From: Rubripirellula sp.
Lineage (GTDB): Bacteria; Planctomycetota; Planctomycetia; Pirellulales; Pirellulaceae
DNA: 64,000 nucleotides
Direction: 5' to 3'
NCBI GenBank assembly: GCA_965216875.1
Contig: OZ244207.1
Location: 896,001 to 960,000, forward strand
Below the pieces are notes generated by a model. That model saw nothing but the letters and a program-made list of their open reading frames with translations. It was not told the DNA's origin and ran no database searches. Within the stretch, counting starts at the first letter, position 1; each line of letters begins with the position of its first letter. Made by a program: the position numbers and the translations under genes. Positions 7,201-16,800 of the stretch are shown one piece after another.

Positions 7201-9813
7201 ATCGTATTCCGCATCAGCGAGCTCCGTCTTGGCATCGACGACGAACCGACTGATGATCCGCTGGCGCACGTCATTCTTGGCAAGCGCGAGGATGAACATC
7301 GCTCGGTTGAAGCTGATCGTGTCCATGGCATGCAGGGACAGAAGTTTGTTTTCCGTTTTGAGGAACTCCGAATCCATTGCGAAGAGTTCGTCAATGAAAT
7401 CACGCCCAAAGAAGGCATACAAATAGCGGCGGTCACGGTCGACTTGGTAGTGTCCGTGAAGATCACATTGGGCAGCGATTTCCGCGGCTTCGGTTTGAAT
7501 CGCGCGGCGGAGCAGGTCGAGTGATCGATTGACGAGAAACCGCGAGAGATCGATGTTGCTCTCGGCGTTACCGAGCACCTTTTCCATCTTCTCGCCCTCT
7601 TCGCCGTTGATCTGAACGGTGAAGACACCGATCTTGATTTGGCCGACCGGTGAGTCGATTTGGTTGATCATGGTGCGGATTTTGTTGATGCCCTTGATGG
7701 GGCCGCGCAGCTGGATCAAGCCTTCGCCAATGACCGAGATGGAGCATTGGGTGACCGGGTCGACGGAGTTGAGATCGCCTGGCACATAAGTGTCTGGATC
7801 TGTTTCGGCCGCCGTGACTTCATCGCGAAACTGCCGTTCCTTCGCACGCGTTTCTTTCGCCTGCGCATCGTTCCACTCATCGCGGCGGTCGAGTTCGGCT
7901 TCGCGAAGTGTTGCGACGGATTGCTCGAGCGCCGCGACCTGTTGTTCAAGATTGGCTGTGTCTTCGACGTAATAAGGACTCGCTTGTGCATTGGCGATGC
8001 GAGTTTCGAGGTCCTTCTTTTTCGCAGTGTCCGCTTCGCTTAGATTCCCATCGCTGTCTGCGGGTAGGTTATTGAGTGCGATATTGTCCGATTTGATCGA
8101 AGTGTTCAGCTGCTGGGCGTTGGCCAGCGTTTGCTGGGCTTGAGCGAGACGTTGTTCTTCCGCACGCGTTCGGTCGGCTGCTCGCACGGCAGCACGCTCT
8201 TTCTCTCGTCGCGTGTCAGTCGCCGCATCGGCTTCATCGCGCGAGTTCTCCGCTCGCCGTTCGGCCTGCGTCACGGCGGCTTGGTTGTAGGATCGAATGT
8301 TTCGATTGATGATCTGTGCGACTCGATGGGCATCGCGATAGTAGTAGAGTCGAGCAACGCGTGTTTCTACGTAGTCGCCCGGGTTGAAGCCACTCTTGGG
8401 GATGTCCTGCGGTTTGGGAGGTGCATAGGGTGTGAATTCAACATGCTGGCCGAACTCGCGTTCAGGCAAGATCGAGACATACCATGCTTTTGATGTGCTC
8501 GCCGTGTTGCCGGCGCGGTCCGCAATGTTTGTCGTTGGCGTGATTTCGAATCGACCCGACGGCAGGGTACTGTAGACCAATCGAATGGTTCGGCCGTTGA
8601 CGGTCACATTGGGTTGGGCGGTCACGGTGGTGAATCCGCCTGTTTCTTGATGCTTGACTTCGAACAACGGTGTCCGGTTGGCAAGGTCGGAGGCAAAATC
8701 AGACGACTCGAAAACGAGATTGAGCGCAGGTGAGGTGCCGGTTGAACTTGGGACGGACAGAACTTCCGCCTGAACAATGCGTGGTTCAATCGTATCGAGG
8801 TAAACGCGGATTGGGGCCGTTTGAGCCGAAACCTTGTCGCCAACGCGGAACGCAATACTGACTTGGTTCGTGCCTTCCTTTTCTAGCGTGACGTTGTAGG
8901 CGTTCCCGAGTGTGATTGCGCCTTGCGCGACGCCGTTGACAAAGGGAATCACGTGGGTCGATCCTGTTGGGGATCCGTCGATGTCGAGCGCGATCTGGGG
9001 TTTGCTGCTGAGGTAGTAAGCACCTGCGACATCGGAGAGGCGTTGCACACCAGTCACTTGATCGATCGTGAACGCCACACCGTCGACGGACGTTGACGGT
9101 TCGGTGAATGGGATATTGACCGTTTTTGGGTACGTGATTGCGGTCGCTGCTTTCCCAAAGTCGTCTGTTAGTTTTGCCGTAAGGGCCAGTTCGTAGGCTC
9201 CAGGTGTGACCGCCGCTGGCGCCATACTCGCCGTGGTGTTGTCGGAAGAGAGCGCGAACGTTCCAGTAACAGCGTGAGTGCTGCCGCCGGTGAGTTTTTG
9301 TCGAACGATCAAGCCCTGCGCCAGCGAGCCTGCCTCCGTGTCGGTGTCCTTGAACTTAACAACGAAGGTGTTCTTTTCGCGGTAGAAGTCGACGACCTGG
9401 GGAGCTTGATTGTCGAAGGTGATTTGAAAGGTCCCTTTTGCGGTAGGGGATGCTTCACCTTCGGGTGTGTATTCGATGGAGAGAGACTGTGCGCCTGCGT
9501 CAAGCGGCTGGGAAACCGGCAAATCTTGATCCGTGTTGGTGCTTGTCACAGCGACGGTTTGAGGAGTGGAGTCGCCGATCTGGTATTTCAACGATCCCTT
9601 GTTGAAATTGTCACCGAACTGCAGTTTCAGCGTAGGCGTTTGCGAATTTGTCCGCAGCGCAACACCATCTGCTTTGACTGTTGCGGTTGCCTTTACAGTG
9701 ATCTTTTTCAGGCTGTCATCGGGGCGCCAGAACGCGACACTCTTTGTGGCGGCGAAGGCGGCCAGGCTGAGAGCGAGTCCGAACAGGATGATTTTGTCTG
9801 ACTTCCGTTTCAT
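4291..9813 (-). CDS. Giant (1840 aa) divergent secretin-family outer-membrane protein with N-terminal Ig-like domains and large helical inserts
   Basis: Signal peptide. Secretin motifs in order: ETRVARLYYYRDAHRVAQII; LIQLRGPIKGINKIRTMINQIDSPVGQIKIGVFTVQI; TTILTNNRDFAKV; ETGTGFQIRPVMQPDG; RHFVHTAVQTGN; GVPLLEDIPIVGAAFRP...QQNVIF. Pro/Gln-rich tail. Confidence 0.75.
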   Translation of the reverse strand: MKRKSDKIILFGLALSLAAFAATKSVAFWRPDDSLKKITVKATATVKADGVALRTNSQTPTLKLQFGDNFNKGSLKYQIGDSTPQTVAVTSTNTDQDLPVSQPLDAGAQSLSIEYTPEGEASPTAKGTFQITFDNQAPQVVDFYREKNTFVVKFKDTDTEAGSLAQGLIVRQKLTGGSTHAVTGTFALSSDNTTASMAPAAVTPGAYELALTAKLTDDFGKAATAITYPKTVNIPFTEPSTSVDGVAFTIDQVTGVQRLSDVAGAYYLSSKPQIALDIDGSPTGSTHVIPFVNGVAQGAITLGNAYNVTLEKEGTNQVSIAFRVGDKVSAQTAPIRVYLDTIEPRIVQAEVLSVPSSTGTSPALNLVFESSDFASDLANRTPLFEVKHQETGGFTTVTAQPNVTVNGRTIRLVYSTLPSGRFEITPTTNIADRAGNTASTSKAWYVSILPEREFGQHVEFTPYAPPKPQDIPKSGFNPGDYVETRVARLYYYRDAHRVAQIINRNIRSYNQAAVTQAERRAENSRDEADAATDTRREKERAAVRAADRTRAEEQRLAQAQQTLANAQQLNTSIKSDNIALNNLPADSDGNLSEADTAKKKDLETRIANAQASPYYVEDTANLEQQVAALEQSVATLREAELDRRDEWNDAQAKETRAKERQFRDEVTAAETDPDTYVPGDLNSVDPVTQCSISVIGEGLIQLRGPIKGINKIRTMINQIDSPVGQIKIGVFTVQINGEEGEKMEKVLGNAESNIDLSRFLVNRSLDLLRRAIQTEAAEIAAQCDLHGHYQVDRDRRYLYAFFGRDFIDELFAMDSEFLKTENKLLSLHAMDTISFNRAMFILALAKNDVRQRIISRFVVDAKTELADAEYDFRRSSELKPHRTQKFFPPWNRAHLPIKNNYKKELVVCEAVHRNAQQRYHFRNLRGFFDVGFTNPDAMNPMQREFIRLAQIFKARLVAEMEWKQRVMERALIEERSNDDNAKFAVMQRIHKKALQELEATYLTQLEANKVVQSAAQALADAFNNAESATRFDDTQVDALQEQQTKTLNQARAAIRDRGITIDSPELKSLFRKGFYAPNTPYTELESLIAASTNAVWMTEQERDFINKTAESMKETRAQFAAPKITDALKALELLKNRAPDAIGIRDRYYSFIALVEDSNVGTSQFNDAYNEFLSYLNSLETTDFVETVKSLLDQLYKAKRDSISARVAISTVNDFLEETRGDLDHRKLLDLLIDEQQDKFIELVEGTRSHISVIDQYLKRLSIAIEDDFKVQFYDPAFVRVREAARGRAVNLSQVERTTILTNNRDFAKVDPQAMMEFDLPKRQIAIKEAFDAAKALVEDTGALINDPTFLSAFQMMGGGTNPSVVKNLVPGQSQTLDQHIMGHAPPPTGQGTPGSALQSLVPEPSIFKLETGTGFQIRPVMQPDGDSCVYDFDYMYTTNIREPVRANEKHIGRIKRHFVHTAVQTGNFEVREISRYQVALKVSRTSRGVPLLEDIPIVGAAFRPAPSAESSLQQNVIFGQTNLYPTLFDLMGLRWAQQVVDLDHTALLESEHVIRGRQKSMRDYVFRVASERVDRFLDVENKAPSSYRPDFYRSQVLASPHHPSGYSYKHASPDPTGNGYERFDRRPPEMQEPPYERYRHYPAQQQRIAPMYSEEIIEPQYGAPSVLQAQPGQVNRETSIPQDAVRPSYIPGRSAPYRQRRTMPNQPSERTEPELIQPMQSLPSQIVPQVPAPPHAPVHIAPINDAPLEVEDLPQPTTGASNVRRQQWHTNQSVDRSYAIRPSAQATSPTARAMTHSSQVMRATAVQPQGRAALQSVVPASYEKMHPSVPRTKRLPPVR

Positions 9814-9883
9814 CGTTCAGTTCCTGGTATCCGTCGGTGGACCTGAATGTGTTTTGGGTAGGCACGAATGGCGCCCGAGCGGT

Positions 9884-10687
9884 TTAACGATTGGTGCGGA
9901 CGAAGGGGGTCTCTTGGCGGGCGGCTTTGGTGGCTGCTCGCTCGACCGTTGCTTCGTACTGCGTTTGCGGACCTTGGTCGCGGAGACTCTTGAGGTAAGT
10001 CACTCCGGGGATCAGATTACTGAGCGTCTTGACACTGTCCGATCCCTTCGAAGCCAACTTGCCTGCTCCCGTCTTGATGCCTCCCAAGAAGTCGGCACCG
10101 TCGGCGCAGACTTCTTTCATGGAGTTGATCGCAGTCGATGAGGCGAGTTTTTCGGAAACATGCTCGCGGCAATGTTCCTTTGCATCTCGCACAGCCACAC
10201 CAAAGCCTTTGCCACTATGGTGCTTGACGACTGCGACACAGGGATCAAACGGGAAGCCGCGAAACTTGATCTCGACTCGTTTGTCGCTGTAGATATAGAT
10301 GATCGAATGGGCCGTGTGTTTGACGCGCGGTGCACCGGCTGGTAACACCACGTCGACATACATCCGCTCGTTCGTCTTGGGATGATTGGCAACGACAACG
10401 GTCGGTCCGCCCTGGATGATGGGCGCTTGAAAGACCTTGTCGCCGCTGTAGTAGTAACGGTGGACATGAACCTTGGGCGGGATGTCAATCTTATGCCCCT
10501 GGCCTTGAATATGCTGAAGCTCGACGCCAGGTAATCCGCGCTCATGAACGCCCGGGTCCATGATGACAAGGTCGTTGAGTCCCGCCTCGGATGTGTATTG
10601 GGCGGTCGCCTGATCGGCGCGCATCGCCACCATCACTGCGATGAGCGCAGTGGTACCTAACAAGCCACGTCTGACACGGCGTGCCAT
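9884..10687 (-). CDS. Secreted hypothetical protein (beta-rich core, helical C-terminus)
   Basis: Signal-like MARRVRRGLLGTTALIAVMVAMRADQATA after a GGAG RBS. Core DIPPKVHVHRYYYSGDKVFQAPIIQGGPTVVVANHP. Confidence 0.75.
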   Translation of the reverse strand: MARRVRRGLLGTTALIAVMVAMRADQATAQYTSEAGLNDLVIMDPGVHERGLPGVELQHIQGQGHKIDIPPKVHVHRYYYSGDKVFQAPIIQGGPTVVVANHPKTNERMYVDVVLPAGAPRVKHTAHSIIYIYSDKRVEIKFRGFPFDPCVAVVKHHSGKGFGVAVRDAKEHCREHVSEKLASSTAINSMKEVCADGADFLGGIKTGAGKLASKGSDSVKTLSNLIPGVTYLKSLRDQGPQTQYEATVERAATKAARQETPFVRTNR

Positions 10688-10834
10688 CGATTGCTCTCCC
10701 CGGTTGGATGCGTCCACGCTACCTGCGATGCAGTGATGGACGGAGCAATCGGCCCCAAGATGCTAATGCGGGCAGTGCATTATCAATTGGAATACGCCGA
10801 TTGCGGGATGCCGTAATAATCGTTACATCCCGCT

Positions 10835-11545
10835 TTATCGGTCCTTCTGGTATTCCAGCTCTACCTCGATGTGGGTGATCTTACTGAATTGCACTGATAG
10901 GGGGTGGGCAATCTTCGCTGTGGAGGTGGGGGCGAGCAAGTTCACGGTAGTTGGCCCGCCGCGTGAAACCCAAAACCGGTTCTCGGCTTGCAGCACCATG
11001 TAGGCGTCGGCTGGAAGTCGATTGACTGAATTAGGTGTTGCGATGTCCGCTGAGGTCGTTTGTTCCTCGTCGCCCTCTCTGGGCGGCTGGTTGACCAACG
11101 TCAACTCGGGCGCGGATGCGGAAGTCGGGGCAACATAAAAGCGAAGTTTCACGCCAACGTGTCCGCCGATCAAACCACCGTCACCGCCGTCATGAGTGAA
11201 TCGCCCGGAAGCGAATAGGTTGCCATTCTTGTCGAGCAAGAGGCCAACATGATCGGCAGTGATGGGACCGATGGTGACCGAGTTGGCGCGAAAGTGAAAG
11301 GGTTTGCTCAGCTGTCCCTTGTCCGTTGGGTCGGTTGCGGCAACGGCCAACGTTGTTTGCGAGATCCCGCGGGGCTCGGTGAAAGGCCAAACGTTGTTGC
11401 CGTAGTTGTGGTCGGGTAACAAACATCGAGTCCGCGAGCGGCTTCGCTTGGCAAAGGGCAAGTCGCCAAGAGCAGGCATGCACTCGATGAGCGTCATCAT
11501 TGCAACGATGGCGGCACAAGCCGCAGGAACTGATCGCGCTCGCAT
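10835..11545 (-). CDS. Secreted hypothetical protein, beta-rich
   Basis: Long ORF co-oriented with the cluster. Hydrophobic N-terminus MRARSVPAACAAIVAMMTLI. Start uncertain (11545-11599). Confidence 0.65.
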   Translation of the reverse strand: MRARSVPAACAAIVAMMTLIECMPALGDLPFAKRSRSRTRCLLPDHNYGNNVWPFTEPRGISQTTLAVAATDPTDKGQLSKPFHFRANSVTIGPITADHVGLLLDKNGNLFASGRFTHDGGDGGLIGGHVGVKLRFYVAPTSASAPELTLVNQPPREGDEEQTTSADIATPNSVNRLPADAYMVLQAENRFWVSRGGPTTVNLLAPTSTAKIAHPLSVQFSKITHIEVELEYQKDR

Positions 11546-11719
11546 AGCACCCGTCCTATCAATGGGGTCGTATTGATTTGGCAGCATGCGCAAAACCAAG
11601 TGCGCACAGGGGCAGCTATCGGATTGAACGAGCGGCTAGGGTGACCGTTACGGTGGAGCAAACCGGAACGCTGAGAAAAAGTATGTTGGTCGTAGGGGCG
11701 TTTCCTGAGGTAGTGATTG

Positions 11720-11834
11720 TGTTGCCTTTCGCGGAGTCGACGGTAACGCGGTCGGAGAGCAAGAAGTGGGTGGACGCTACTTTCGCGGAGCGAAAGGCGA
11801 CATTCAAAAAACAATAGGAGCGAAAGGCGACGAT
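11720..11834. repeat. Degenerate REP cluster, family D (CTTTCGCGGAGCGAAAGGCGAC)
   Basis: Full copy at 11780-11802, partial copies at ~11722-11735 and ~11817-11832. Related copy at 18915-18937. Confidence 0.7.
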
Positions 11835-11915
11835 GGTGTGCCGTGCGCACGGCTGTCATGCGGAGCATGACCTACGATGGAGCGGCGGAGAGGGCGGGAG
11901 GCGGCGATTCGCGGC

Positions 11916-13031
11916 CTAACGCATGCCGACTTTGCGATGGAAGAGTTCGGGATCGAACGGGTTGGCAACGCGCGGCAGCCTTGAGGGAGTGTTCGTCGAG
12001 CGTCGCTGTTGGTCCCAAGGATTCTCGATGTCGGCGGTTTCATTGCCGGTGTGATCGTTCGTTGGCTCGTCGTCCGAATGCAATGCGGTCGGAGTTTTGG
12101 GAGACGAAGTGTCAATCGAACCGAAGGCAAGTAGCCAGCGCCGCAGCGTGAAGATCGCCTTTTCGTGTCGCGCGTCCAGTGGCGCTTTCTCGCCACCATG
12201 TGCGGTTGTGGCCTTGATGTAGAACTCGGATTGTTCGACGTTGCCCGGTTCGACAAATCGCAGGGTTGCAAGCAGGTTTTGTTTGGTCATCCGGCCCGAG
12301 GCACGCGTGCCATTGGTGGGCACAATCAAGCTCCAACGCACCTCCTCTTTGCCCAGTTGGTCGTGGCAGCGGGCGCAACGATTGATCAGCGTTGGTTGAA
12401 CATCGGCTGCGAAGGTTTGCAGCGCCAGTGGGCTGACGTTGGGCTCTTGGATTTCGTCCGTTTGAGCTTGAACGCCTGTCGGCTCGGTGTGTCCCACCGG
12501 TCGAATCGTTTGCGGGTCGCTGGTCGGCTTGTCGAACGTGGGGGCGATCAGGCGATTGATGCGCTCGTGCAGTCGCGTTGCTTCTTTGTGTTTGGGGTGG
12601 ATTGCAAGGACGAGTTCGAGTTGATCGTAGGCGAGATCAAAAAGCTCGTAACGGGTACACCATTTTGCGTCTTCAACAAGCTCATCGAGGCTGGCGGTAC
12701 GGCGGTGATCCACTCGGTATTGGTGCAGGTCGCGGAGCGAGTCGGCCCAACAGGCGACTTGGCGCCTTGGCAAGCGGATTTGGTTGCCCGGTCCCTTGCG
12801 AACGACAACGTAGTCGCCTTCCTGGACCGCAGTCCCAAACAAGACATTGTCATTGTGCAGCAGGACGCAGGGTTTCGATTGATCGAATTGCGTCGGGATC
12901 GCGCCCCAATCAATAGCGTCCCCACTAATGTTGCCAGGGGGCGGCGAATGGATCGGAGCTTGCGCAGCAACAGCGTTGGCCAGCAGGATCGCGAGCGCGC
13001 AAACAGCGGTAAGGTGGCGAGAACAACACAT
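11916..13031 (-). CDS. Secreted planctomycete protein with TPR-like segment and a single CxxCH (planctomycete cytochrome c-like) motif
   Basis: Signal peptide. AKWC..YELFDLAY..LE.VL...P.H.EA segment. FAADVQPTLINRCARCH plus a distal AHGG motif. Confidence 0.7.
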   Translation of the reverse strand: MCCSRHLTAVCALAILLANAVAAQAPIHSPPPGNISGDAIDWGAIPTQFDQSKPCVLLHNDNVLFGTAVQEGDYVVVRKGPGNQIRLPRRQVACWADSLRDLHQYRVDHRRTASLDELVEDAKWCTRYELFDLAYDQLELVLAIHPKHKEATRLHERINRLIAPTFDKPTSDPQTIRPVGHTEPTGVQAQTDEIQEPNVSPLALQTFAADVQPTLINRCARCHDQLGKEEVRWSLIVPTNGTRASGRMTKQNLLATLRFVEPGNVEQSEFYIKATTAHGGEKAPLDARHEKAIFTLRRWLLAFGSIDTSSPKTPTALHSDDEPTNDHTGNETADIENPWDQQRRSTNTPSRLPRVANPFDPELFHRKVGMR

Positions 13032-13207
13032 CGTGATGCTCTGCTATCACTTTATGCGGATCAACGTCAAGAGCGGACCTGGATCGATTCGAATCAGAGT
13101 GACTTCGTGAAACACGAACTCCGGGCGCAGCGATGCCAGGCGTGTACTGAGGTGGGAAGTGTGGGGAGGCGAGGTAGAGTGTGGCGGGTGCGTTGAGCGA
13201 ACCGCCC

Positions 13208-13837
13208 TTAGGTGTTTTCGGTAAGACGCGATTCGGTGACCATTCGCACCAGTTCGGCCAAAGAGTGGGTGTTGGTCTTTTCGAAGATTCGTTGCCGCCG
13301 CGATTCGACGGTGCGGATGCTGACGTCAACGCGACGAGCAATCACTTTGTTGGCGACGCCGTCGACCATCAACTCGAGGACTCGCTGTTCATCGGGCGAG
13401 AGCGCGGCGAGGCGTTTCTGGAAGTCGCGTTGTTCGTTCACACGCGAACGGTTGCGACGAGCCTGGGCGTCGGCGGCGAGTGCGTCGCGAATGGCGTCAA
13501 ACAACTCATAGTCGCGGCACGGTTTTTCCAGCACATTGACGGCACCCTTTTTGACCGCTTGGACGGTCAACGGGGTTTCCGCATGGGCGGTAATGATGAT
13601 GACTGGAAGGGTGACACCGTCGTCAACAAGTTTCTTTTGCAGCTCGATACCGCTCATCCCGTGCATGCGCAAGTCGGTGACAAGGCACCCGTGTTGGTTG
13701 GGATCAAACGCGGCCAAAAAGGATTCGGCTGATTCGAAGGTTTCGGCGTGGACGCCCATCGATCGGGTCACCGCTCGCAGTGATTGTCGAGCGCCTTCGT
13801 CGTCATCGACGATGTACACCGTTGCGTTTTCAGACAT
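13208..13837 (-). CDS. FixJ/TtrR-family response regulator (REC + LuxR HTH)
   Basis: VYIVDDD, CLVTDLRMHGMSG, VIIITAH, LEKP, then LSPDEQRVL..MVDG.ANKVIA...DVSIRTVE. Confidence 0.93.
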   Translation of the reverse strand: MSENATVYIVDDDEGARQSLRAVTRSMGVHAETFESAESFLAAFDPNQHGCLVTDLRMHGMSGIELQKKLVDDGVTLPVIIITAHAETPLTVQAVKKGAVNVLEKPCRDYELFDAIRDALAADAQARRNRSRVNEQRDFQKRLAALSPDEQRVLELMVDGVANKVIARRVDVSIRTVESRRQRIFEKTNTHSLAELVRMVTESRLTENT

Positions 13838-13848
13838 TGGTCTACCCC

Positions 13849-16800
13849 TCAAGTGTGCATGGTCGCCTCGCGGCGATATGGCAAAGTAACGTGGAAAGTG
13901 GCCCCGCCCTCATCGTTGACTGATCCCCACAGTCGGCCACCATGGTCTTCGATAATGGTTTGACTGATCGCCAATCCCATTCCCATCCCGCTGGTCTTGG
14001 TCGTGTAAAAGGCTTCAAAAAGTTTTCCGTGTTGATCGACTGGAATGCCTGGTCCGTTGTCTTCGATTTCGAGTTCGACGACGCCGTCGCCGCGGCGGAT
14101 ACGCACTGTCACCCTTCGTGCAACGTCCTGATCGGACAAGGCTTCGTAGGCGTTGTGTAACAGGTTGACCATCACCTGTTCGACCTGCACGCGGTCGGCA
14201 TAAACAGGAGGCAGGTCTTCTTCAAACAGGGTTTCGACTTGGACTTCGAAGCGGCGTGCTTCGAAGGCAACCAGCTCGATCGATTCGCCAACCACTTGAG
14301 CAATGTCGAGTCGATCTCGAGTGCTTTCGCGGCGCTGTGAGAATTCTCGCAACCGCTTGATGATTTCGCTTGCCCGTTTCGACGCCTGCCGCACACCTTG
14401 GTTCCATTCGGCAAGTTCGCCAATGGTGGATGCGTCGATGACGTTGTTTTCGAGATTGTCGAGTGTGACGCTGCTGGCGGTGGCAAAATTGGTGATGGCG
14501 TAGAGAGGTTGCTTCACTTCGTGAGCGATTCCGGCAACCATTTCGCCCATCGTGCTTAGGCGGGTGACATGCGCGAGCAGATCACGGTGTTTGCGGCTCT
14601 CTTCCTCGGCGTCGCGAAGTTCAGTGATGTCGTGCAGCGCGCCATGTAGGCGAACGACCTTGCCATCGATACGTTCGGCGACACCTTGAGCCCGAACCCA
14701 GCGGCGGTTGCCCTTGGCGGTGATCAACGGAAGTTCCAAATCCCAGCACGCGCCCGTCTTGACCGCGGCGTCAACGGCGTCGCTGATGACCGGTCGAGCT
14801 TCGGGGGCGTAAAAGTTGACTGCGGTGTCGAGGTCGGGGCGATAGTCGGGCGACACTTCATGAATGCGACAGGTTTGTGCGGACCAGCTCAGGACGCGCG
14901 TTTCCAGATCGAGTTCCCATCCACCGACACTTGCCAAGCGGTTGGTGACTTCGAGCAGCTCTTCGTTTTTACGCCGCGCATCCTCGGCTCGTTTTTGCGC
15001 CGTGATGACTCGGCCTTCGGGGACGAGCAACGTGACGCGGCCATCGTCGTCGAGGACTGGTTTGATGGAAAAGTCAATCGTTTCGACGCTGTTTGCGCCG
15101 CGCACTTCTTCGGTGTAGCGAACAAATTGTCCGTCGGCTGCTGCCTTGATCGCGTCTTGCAATCGCTGCATTCGTGGTGGGTCATCGCACCACCAAAAGG
15201 TCTCCCAAAAGGGCCGGCCCAAGACATCTTCCGGTTCGACGTTGCCAAATTGAAGTGCCGTTTCATTGGCTTCCAGAAGTCGGCCGTCGATGGTGAGCAG
15301 ACCGATGAACTGGAACGTTGAGTTGAAGATCGCGCGGAAACGCTTTTCACCATCGCGAAGTTTGATCTCGGCGTTGCGGCGTTCGGTGATGTCGGTCGCT
15401 TGAACCAGGATGAAACGCAATTCGCCTGTTTGTTTGCGAATGACCGAGTAGGCGGCCATTGCCACACCGAGTGATCCATCACCGCGCATGTAGGTGTCTT
15501 CTGTCAGCAGCGGTTCATCGGACTTCGGTGCATCAAGGACGCGCTGGCGAATGGTCTCGCGCCATTCCGGGAGTTTTTCCCAGGCCGGTGCGTCCCAAAA
15601 GTACTTTCCGATGTAGTCATCGCGACTGGCATTCTGCATTCGCAGGGGCAGGTCGTTGATTTCCACGACGCGACCGTCGGCATCAAGGATCGCCATGAAT
15701 TGAAACTGTTGATCAAAGGCCAAACGAAAGCGTTCTTCGTTTTCTCGCAGTGCGGTTTCGGCGCGGACTTGATCACTGATGTTGGTTAGGAATGCGAGAA
15801 CGTATTCCTGACCGTTGAATTCGAAATAGCTCGCACTCAGAAGGACGGGGACTTCGGTGTCGTCACCTCGGCGAGCCTTTGTTTGGTAGGTCACCGATTG
15901 GCGGTTCTTGACCTGTTGCCAGAAACTGTCGTTGTATCCGACTCCAAGATCGGCAGCGTTGAGTTCGAGCAGATCAGGCTCGGTGTAGCCAACGAGGTCA
16001 CAGGCAGCCTGATTGACGTAGGCAAATTCTCCTTTGGGCGTGATCCAAAAGATTGCCGTGTGAGAGTTGTCGACAGAATGTTGGGTGATTTGCAGCGCGT
16101 TTTCGAATCGCTTGCGTTCGGTGATGTCAAAGGCCATCGCGAGCACGGCCGACTTGCCTCCGAATTGAATCGGCGTCCCGATCGCTTCGATGTCGGCGAT
16201 TTGCCCGTCATCGCGCAGCAGCCGCATTTCGTTCGGCTCGACCGTTTCGCCGTGATCGGTGATGCGGCGAATCCGATTGGCGACGCGTTCGCGATCGGCT
16301 GGCACAAAGAGGTCGATGATGGATCGGCCCATCATCGATTGCAATTCACACCCGAACAATCGCGTTGCGGCCGGGTTGGCAAACACAATGCGTCCTTCGA
16401 CATGGACGATGATGACGCCAGGGGAAAGTTCGACCACGTTGCGGTACAGCTCTTCGCTCGCTCGCAACGCCTGCTCGACCGACATGCGTTCGAGTTCCGC
16501 AGCGGCACGATCGGCAAAGAGCTGCAGGATTTGTTGTTGGAAGTGGTGGTCGTCCATCGGTTTTCGGTCGATGGCAAACAGAACACCAATCGTGTCGCCC
16601 GACGAATTGATCAAGGGCGCACCGAGGTAGGATTGACCATCGAGCGCGCGAAGGACGTCGTCGGTGGGAAACGTCTTTTGGACGTCCGATGCGTAGAGGC
16701 ATTGCCCTTGCGAGATGACTTGTTCGCAAGGTGTCCCTTCGAGATCGTATTCGAAGTGATCTGCCATTTCGCCGTCGCTGCACACGGCAACCGCGGATGC

